From contig NQJD01000002.1 in NCBI GenBank assembly GCA_004284765.1, positions 150,001 through 182,000 on the forward strand: DNA of 32,000 nucleotides. The letters are read 5' to 3'. The notes under the pieces are model-generated. The model made no database searches, was not told the origin of the DNA, and saw nothing but the letters and a program-made list of their open reading frames with translations. Origin of the DNA: Candidatus Electronema aureum. GTDB taxonomy: Bacteria > Desulfobacterota > Desulfobulbia > Desulfobulbales > Desulfobulbaceae. Shown piece by piece: positions 26,685-32,000 of this stretch (within the stretch, counting starts at the first letter, position 1; every line of letters starts with the position of its first letter). The translations under genes were made by a program, and so were the position numbers.

Positions 26685-27494
26685 TTATTCGGCTAAACTG
26701 CGGACGGGATCGTAATCAGCATCGGCGGCAGCCTTGAAGCCGCTGAGTCCCAAGGCTTTGAGTGCAGGTTCGTCTTTGGTGAACTGGGTCAGCGCAGCTC
26801 GGAGGCTGTCTTTTTGCTCTTGGGGCAGCTCACGGCTCACCGACAAGGCCCAATTAGGCAGGGGCGCAGTCTTCATCACCTCGATCACTGAACCCGGCAC
26901 GATATACTTATCCGCCTTGTGCAGAGCAGATTCGCCGATGAATCCGGCATCGGCATAACCCAAACTCACCGCGATAATGACATTTTCCTCCCGATTTTCT
27001 GCCGCCTCAAACAACTGACAGTCGCGCTCAATATTTAACCCTGCCTCATGCAGCGTCTGCTTCTGGGAAAGAAAACCGTCCGCAGCGATTTTGCTAACAA
27101 ACATGATCTTTTTCCCTTTCAGATCAGCAGCCTTACTGATCTCTGCCTGAGCGCGGCTAATGACAATGCCGCGTAGCTGGTTGCCGCTCAGTCCCTGCAC
27201 CGCTGAGGCTAGCACCTCGTGCCGGTCGGAAACCTTGACATAAAGCAAAGGATTTTGATAACCGAGAGCAATCTTGCCCCGCAGCAGCTCGGCCTCGTAT
27301 TCAGCAGAATTCGCGGTCAGGATTGGACGAATGCTCATCCCTGTGACAGCACTGAGTTTTTCTGCTAACGGCGTGAGCATGGCGGTCAGCTGTTCCGGTG
27401 GAAACAGCGGTTGCATGGATAAACTATATCCTTCAGAGGCCAATACAGGTGCAGCGCACAGCAAGGTTAGCAAAACAAAAACAGTTTTCTTCAT
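26685..27494 (-). CDS. Periplasmic substrate-binding protein, PhnD-like (phosphonate/phosphite ABC-type SBP fold)
   Basis: Signal peptide MKKTVFVLLTLLCAAPVLA. LTPLAEKLSAVTG..I......NSAEYEAELLRGKIALGY.NPLLYV resembles PhnD/TIGR01098-type binding proteins. No ABC permease or ATPase genes are nearby. Confidence 0.65.
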   Translation of the reverse strand: MKKTVFVLLTLLCAAPVLASEGYSLSMQPLFPPEQLTAMLTPLAEKLSAVTGMSIRPILTANSAEYEAELLRGKIALGYQNPLLYVKVSDRHEVLASAVQGLSGNQLRGIVISRAQAEISKAADLKGKKIMFVSKIAADGFLSQKQTLHEAGLNIERDCQLFEAAENREENVIIAVSLGYADAGFIGESALHKADKYIVPGSVIEVMKTAPLPNWALSVSRELPQEQKDSLRAALTQFTKDEPALKALGLSGFKAAADADYDPVRSLAE

Positions 27495-27501
27495 GGTGGT
27501 C

Positions 27502-28515
27502 TTAATGCGGCTTGATGGTCAACCGCTCCACCGCGATGCGGACAGAATGACGCATCCGCTCTAAGGCCGTGCCGAGATCACGCATTTCCCGCGAGCCTTC
27601 CGCTGTGATAGCCAAGTCTAACTCACCAAGGCTAACCCGGTTAGCAATATTGGTCAGGGTGCGGGCGGGACGAACAATTAGCCAGTCGAATAGGACAAAA
27701 AGCAGCAGAGCGGAAAGCAAGGCCAATCCGGCAGGCACGAAAAGCAGCGGCGAGAGGAGCAACTGCCGAGCTGTTTGGTCGATTGCAGCAGCAGAGATGC
27801 CCACATGTACCTCGCTGTCCGCCTCAGTCAGTGCTAATACTCGGTCATAAATCGGCAGGTCGCCCACGTTGATTTTCGCGCTGCCTTCCTTGGCACCCGC
27901 CTTCAGTCCGTTCTGGGCCAGCACATCGACCGGAAAGCCCTTTTCCTTCATCTGTTGGATAAAGCGGCTGTCAAATCCGGCCTGAGCATTGAAAAATCCG
28001 GCCACTGCTGTGCCTTTTTCATTCACTACCGCTGCGTAGGCCACGCCTGGCAGCTGGGCGATACGCTCGGTCTCCTGATTGACCAAGAGATAGTCTTTGC
28101 GCAGCAGCGGAGTCCGTACCGTTTGCTCTAACGAAACCGCCAAAGCCAAGCTGCGTAGTTCACTTTCATAGGCCAGTAGGCTGGGAATACTACGGAAATA
28201 AAAGAAGAGAAAGGAACCACCCGCTGCGAGAAAACTAAGGAACAGCAGTGCGAGCAGATACAGCGCAAATGGTTTACCACGGCCCTTGGCTGCTGCCGCG
28301 TTGACCGCCTCCGCCGCTGTCTTGCGACCTGCTTGAGAGACAGCCTCCGCGTTGCTATCCGGTGGAGGAACAGCAATAGATACATCCTGCGACTCCGGCT
28401 TCTCGACCACAATGATGTGGCCGCAGGCTTTGCAAGAAAATTTGGCCCGCTGGCCGGGGATGCGGCTTTCATCAATATGGTACTTTTTGGCGCAGTCCTC
28501 ACAGATGACCAGCAT
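27502..28515 (-). CDS. Membrane protein: MJ0042-type zinc ribbon, TM, periplasmic domain, TM, HAMP, with no output domain
   Basis: The ATG at 28515 follows AAGGAG and is preferred over the track's 28560 start. N-terminus MLVICEDCAKKYHIDESRIPGQRAKFSCKACGHIIVV (CxxC-x19-CxxC). Two TM segments. C-terminus LIVRPARTLTNIANRVSLGELDLAITAEGSREMRDLGTALERMRHSV is HAMP-like, and the protein ends a few residues later. Confidence 0.7.
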   Translation of the reverse strand: MLVICEDCAKKYHIDESRIPGQRAKFSCKACGHIIVVEKPESQDVSIAVPPPDSNAEAVSQAGRKTAAEAVNAAAAKGRGKPFALYLLALLFLSFLAAGGSFLFFYFRSIPSLLAYESELRSLALAVSLEQTVRTPLLRKDYLLVNQETERIAQLPGVAYAAVVNEKGTAVAGFFNAQAGFDSRFIQQMKEKGFPVDVLAQNGLKAGAKEGSAKINVGDLPIYDRVLALTEADSEVHVGISAAAIDQTARQLLLSPLLFVPAGLALLSALLLFVLFDWLIVRPARTLTNIANRVSLGELDLAITAEGSREMRDLGTALERMRHSVRIAVERLTIKPH

Positions 28516-28606
28516 AAATACGCTCCTTTCCTGTCTGCTCCGCAGCAAGAGCAGAGGCAAATCTCTCCATCACATCCGGCAGCAGCAGCAGCCAGACCCT
28601 GCTTCA

Positions 28607-28636
28607 GTTATAACGGCCCGGAAAGCCTGCGGTCAA
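28607..28636 (-). promoter_or_regulatory. Candidate sigma70-type promoter for the minus-strand three-gene module
   Basis: On the minus strand: TTGACC (28636-28631), an 18-nt spacer, then TATAAC (28612-28607). An A/T-rich tract lies upstream, and the element is about 90 nt upstream of the ATG at 28515. Confidence 0.35.
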
Positions 28637-28670
28637 TTGTTATTTTGGCGGATGCGCCTATCGACCAAAG

Positions 28671-29246
28671 TTAGCTATGGAGTTTTTGCAGCAGCCACGC
28701 CATGTTCTGCCCCAGATTGCGCATAGTGGCCACACCTTCAGCATCAGCGGCGACCTCACCTTTCTCCCGGCCCATGCCAATATTCCAATAGGAGGCACCA
28801 ACGATGACCATCTGGCCGATGGTGAAAAAATGATTGATGGAGTCAAAAACATGAATTGCGCCCGCCCGCCGACAGGCCACGACGGCTGCCCCAACCTTGC
28901 GGCGGTGCATATCACCATTAGCCCGCGAAACCATGCCGCTGCGGTCGATCAGGGCCTTTAGCTCGGAACTCATATCGGCAAAATAGGTGGGTGAGGCGAG
29001 AATGATGCCATCCGCCTCATCCATCTTGGCAATGCAGTCGTTGATGCAATCGGTCGTCACCGCACAGCGGCGGTTCTTGTTGGCAAAGCACTGGTAACAG
29101 GCGATACAGCCGTGCGGGTGCAGCCCAGCCAAATTGACTAATTCGGTCTCAATGCCTTCCTTTTCCAGATCTTCAAACACATAACTGATCAGTGTCTCGG
29201 TGTTGCCGCCTTTACGTGCGCTGCCGTTGAATGCCACGACCTTCAT
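28671..29246 (-). CDS. Flavodoxin-fold FMN reductase family protein, iron-sulfur flavoprotein (Isf)-like
   Basis: MKVVAFNGSARKGGNT (FMN-binding N-terminus), a compact Cys motif CIACYQCFANKNRRC (CX2CX2CX7C) and ILASPTY. The ATG at 29246 follows GGGAGG. Confidence 0.75.
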   Translation of the reverse strand: MKVVAFNGSARKGGNTETLISYVFEDLEKEGIETELVNLAGLHPHGCIACYQCFANKNRRCAVTTDCINDCIAKMDEADGIILASPTYFADMSSELKALIDRSGMVSRANGDMHRRKVGAAVVACRRAGAIHVFDSINHFFTIGQMVIVGASYWNIGMGREKGEVAADAEGVATMRNLGQNMAWLLQKLHS

Positions 29247-29294
29247 GCCGCCTGCCTCCCCTATATCTGTTGTTGAAGAAAACACCCGGGGAAA

Positions 29295-29744
29295 CTATAC
29301 GCCAGATGGCGGCAGTGGGCAACGGGAAAGCGAACCGCGCAGTTGCTCCAGCTCTACCTTCAGGCAGCGATCCATGATCACGGTTAGCCCAGCCTCTTCC
29401 GCTAGCCGAGCTGCCGCCTCGTTGACAATACCTTGCTGTATCCAGATCATTTTCGCACCGATGGCAATTGCCTCGCGGACAATCGGTTCTACTTCCTCAG
29501 ACCGGCGGAAGATATCAACCACATCAATTTTCACCGGCACCGAGCGCAAATCAGGATAACATGGCTCATTAAGAATTTCGCTGTGACCCGGATTGACCGG
29601 AATAATCTGATAACCAGCTTCTTGTAGATATCGGGCGACCTGATGGCTGGGCCGTTCCGGGTTCGGAGAAAGGCCGACCACAGCGATAGTGCAGCTTTCA
29701 CGGAGTATGCGCCTGACAGCAGACGATAAGGGCAGTGGGATCAT
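29295..29744 (-). CDS. CoA-binding domain protein (YccU/YneT-like)
   Basis: IAVVGLSPNPERPSHQVARYLQEAGYQIIPVNP, ...VDIFRRSEEV... and IWIQQGI.NEAA form a typical single-domain CoA-binding fold. The start is assigned to the internal ATG at 29744 and is uncertain. Confidence 0.75.
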   Translation of the reverse strand: MIPLPLSSAVRRILRESCTIAVVGLSPNPERPSHQVARYLQEAGYQIIPVNPGHSEILNEPCYPDLRSVPVKIDVVDIFRRSEEVEPIVREAIAIGAKMIWIQQGIVNEAAARLAEEAGLTVIMDRCLKVELEQLRGSLSRCPLPPSGV

Positions 29745-29839
29745 AATTGACAAAGGGGGAAAAAGACCATAATACTGTGCTGCACACACAGGCACACTGT
29801 ACAGACCGTCAATTTTAACCAGCAGGAGGTTCCTCCGCC

Positions 29840-30736
29840 ATGTATTTTCAAGACATCATTGCTGCTCTGAACAAATATTGGGCATCTGTTGGCTGCGTCA
29901 TCATGCAGCCTTACGATATGGAAGTTGGCGCGGGCACGTTCCATCCCGCCACTTTGCTGAAAGCGTTAGGGCCTGAACCGTGGAAAGCGGCCTACGTGCA
30001 GCCTTCGCGTCGCCCGACTGACGGACGCTACGGGGAGAACCCTAACCGCCTCCAGCACTATTATCAATATCAGGTAGTGATCAAGCCCTCGCTGCGCAAC
30101 ATTCAGGAGCTGTATCTCGGCAGCCTGCGGGAATTCGGCCTCAACCTGCTGGAGCATGACATCCGCTTTGTCGAGGACGACTGGGAATCGCCCACGTTGG
30201 GCGCGTCTGGCCTCGGCTGGGAAGTCTGGTTAGACGGCATGGAAGTGACGCAATTTACCTATTTCCAGCAGGCTGGCTCGCTGGAGTTGTATCCGGTGAC
30301 GGTGGAAATCACCTATGGTTTAGAGCGACTGGCGATGTATCTTCAGAAAAAGGAATCAGTTTACGACATCCAATGGAATCGCGATGTGACGTATGGCCAG
30401 ATATTCCTTCAGGCGGAGCGTGAATTTTCGGCTTTCAACTTTGAAGAGGCGAATGTTGCTGATCTGATCGCCAACTTCAACAACTACGAGCGCGATGCCC
30501 TCAAGCTGGTGGAAAAAAATCTGATTCTTCCTGCTTACGATTATTGCCTCAAATGCTCGCACAGCTTTAACCTGCTCGATGCCCGCAAGGCAATCAGCGT
30601 GGCCGAGCGGACGCGCTACATCGGGCGGATTCGCAACATTGCCCGCCAAGTGGCCCAACATTATGTAGCCCAGCGCGAGGCAATGGGGTATCCGCTACTG
30701 GCCGAGCGGCAGGCAGTGATGGCGGAAGCTGCGTAA
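29840..30736 (+). CDS. glyQ: Glycine--tRNA ligase alpha subunit
   Basis: [38 protein letters not shown] and [22 protein letters not shown] are canonical GlyQ. GGAGG lies upstream. Confidence 0.96.
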   Translation: MYFQDIIAALNKYWASVGCVIMQPYDMEVGAGTFHPATLLKALGPEPWKAAYVQPSRRPTDGRYGENPNRLQHYYQYQVVIKPSLRNIQELYLGSLREFGLNLLEHDIRFVEDDWESPTLGASGLGWEVWLDGMEVTQFTYFQQAGSLELYPVTVEITYGLERLAMYLQKKESVYDIQWNRDVTYGQIFLQAEREFSAFNFEEANVADLIANFNNYERDALKLVEKNLILPAYDYCLKCSHSFNLLDARKAISVAERTRYIGRIRNIARQVAQHYVAQREAMGYPLLAERQAVMAEAA

Positions 30737-30746
30737 TCCCGGCGCA

Positions 30747-30796
30747 CAGAACAGATGCCGTAGGCGACGCGGCATTTGTTCTGATTCTTGTTTTGT
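30747..30796 (+). terminator. Rho-independent terminator after glyQ
   Basis: CAGAACAGATGCCG (30747-30760) pairs with CGGCATTTGTTCTG (30770-30783): 14 bp with one G-U, 9-nt loop, followed by ATTCTTGTTTTGT. Confidence 0.7.
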
Positions 30797-30815
30797 CTCA
30801 AAGAGGGAGGACTGC

Positions 30816-32000
30816 ATGGAGTGGTGCAAACAGCTTCTTGACGGATTGAGGTCTCTGTTGACTCGTCCAGATGTGGTTTGGAGCGGCATTGGAACCAGTT
30901 TCCTTGTTGCTGCACTTACCTGGTTTTTCACTCGTCTCCGCAAACCAAACACCGCTTCCATCCAGCACGATGCCAGCGACTGGCTGGTCAAGAACCGGCG
31001 CAAATTCCTTGGTCGCTTTCAAAGAGAGCTGAAAGACCGTCGCCAGTCTTTCCTGCTTGGGCATACCGCGCTGGAGTTAGACAAAAACTTGGCTCCGAAC
31101 CAAGTGAGCCGACCTTATTCTTTTCAGGACAGGACAGATTGCATCTGGGAGCGGGACGGCGTGACCATCGCGACCACAGATCAGCCCATTGTCGATCTCT
31201 TTTGCCGTCCCGATGTGGGCGGGCAGTTAGTCATTTTGGGCAAGCCGGGCAGCGGCAAGACCGTCTGCCTGCTCACGCTGCTTGAGCATCTGCTGCAAAC
31301 AGCGCAGGACAATGACGCGGCCCCGCTGCCTGTGGTCTTTGAATGCTCGGAATGGGACGGGCGCGAGCTTTCCCTGTGGATGGCTGCGCAGCTGCATCGC
31401 AAATACCATTTCCCAGAGGACATGGCCCGCCATCTGGTGCAGGCGCATGACATCCTGCCCCTGCTCGACGGCTTGGATGAGCTGGCAACGGAAAAGCAGG
31501 GAAGTTTTGTCAGCCAGTTCAATCTCTTCGCCGACAACCGCCCCTTGGTGCTCTGCTGTCGGCTTGAAGAATACCGCCAACTTCGGGAAAGCGCAGGGCA
31601 GAAGCTGGCCCTCAGGAATGCAGCGATCCTTCAGGATATTACTCCGCAGCGGCTCAAGGGGCATCTGCTGCGGACAGGGCTGGAGGATATCTGGACCGTG
31701 CTTGAGCAGTCCCGGATTGAGGCCGGGCAGCAGCAGAGCCTGCTGGAATTGGCTCAAAGGCCCCTGTTTCTGGGCGTGATGATCGAGGTGGCCCAAGATT
31801 TGCGCCAAGGTTCAGGGCGGCAGCCGGGTGAGACTTGGGAGGACTTCCTTTGGCGGAACTATCTCGACAAGCGGCTGAATGTGTCCCCGCCCGCGCACGG
31901 CAAGAAATACAGCCAGCAGCAGTCCCTGCACTGGCTGCGCTGCTTGGCAAAGTGGATGCAGGCGGAGCAGAAAGTGGAATTGTGGATAGATGAACTTCAG
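30816..32000 (+). CDS. NACHT/STAND P-loop NTPase, N-terminal 395 codons; 3' end outside window
   Basis: Not in the ORF track. The ATG at 30816 follows GAGGGAGG (30803-30810), and the frame stays open to base 32000. My translation shows one TM-like helix (VVWSGIGTSFLVAALTWFFT), Walker A LVILGKPGSGKT (GKPGSGKT at 31239-31262) and Walker B-like ILPLLDGLDEL (31461-31484), the NACHT pattern. Confidence 0.8.
   Translation, partial: MEWCKQLLDGLRSLLTRPDVVWSGIGTSFLVAALTWFFTRLRKPNTASIQHDASDWLVKNRRKFLGRFQRELKDRRQSFLLGHTALELDKNLAPNQVSRPYSFQDRTDCIWERDGVTIATTDQPIVDLFCRPDVGGQLVILGKPGSGKTVCLLTLLEHLLQTAQDNDAAPLPVVFECSEWDGRELSLWMAAQLHRKYHFPEDMARHLVQAHDILPLLDGLDELATEKQGSFVSQFNLFADNRPLVLCCRLEEYRQLRESAGQKLALRNAAILQDITPQRLKGHLLRTGLEDIWTVLEQSRIEAGQQQSLLELAQRPLFLGVMIEVAQDLRQGSGRQPGETWEDFLWRNYLDKRLNVSPPAHGKKYSQQQSLHWLRCLAKWMQAEQKVELWIDELQ

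Noticed and set aside
28579-28593. (GCA)4 trinucleotide run in the leader of the zinc-ribbon/HAMP gene
   Set aside because: Only four units, too short to argue for phase variation or any function.
30878-31808. Track ORFs 30878-31285(+), 31282-31779(+), 31227-31808(-) and 31181-31537(-)
   Set aside because: All are alternative frames over the open-ended NACHT reading frame, which carries clear Walker A/B motifs. Their translations are low-complexity.
1-32000. CRISPR arrays, rRNA/tRNA genes, transposases or integrases, and long inverted repeats
   Set aside because: I saw none on either strand by visual scan. This is a manual scan, so short or degenerate elements could have been missed.

Overview
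Bacterial chromosomal window made mostly of translation and housekeeping operons, with several lineage-specific insertions. 1-8790 (+): distal spc operon and alpha operon (rplE partial, rpsN, rpsH, rplF, rplR, rpsE, rpmD, rplO, secY, map, infA, rpmJ, rpsM, rpsK, rpsD, rpoA, rplQ; no adk). 8874-9641: YkgJ-type Cys-cluster protein. 9847-19992 (+): rpsB, tsf, pyrH, frr, uppS, cdsA, dxr, rseP, tsaB. This widely conserved cluster is interrupted three times by unrecognisable ORFs: 12169-12594 (secreted, A+T-rich), 13978-14442 (coiled-coil, tail-anchored, A+T-rich) and 16432-18171 (579 aa). 19993-23886: accessory islet without mobility genes, holding a 134-aa ORF, a phased iteron-like repeat array with a promoter, an HU-like/DUF4469-like DNA-binding protein, an overlapping 96-aa/PIN-like pair and a multi-pass membrane protein. 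23887-25636: histidine phosphatase (-) and rlmN (+). 25637-28636 (-): three-gene module (zinc-ribbon HAMP-only membrane protein, PhnD-like binding protein, unknown with a possible internal repeat). 28671-29744 (-): Isf-like flavoprotein and CoA-binding protein. 29840-30736: glyQ with its own terminator and no adjacent glyS. 30816 to the window end: an open-ended NACHT/STAND NTPase gene that is absent from the supplied ORF track. I recognised no rRNA, tRNA, CRISPR array, transposase or integrase. Gene content and order suggest a Desulfobacterota-like (deltaproteobacterial) genome, but that is inference only. All calls rest on reading translations and motifs by eye; no database search was run.
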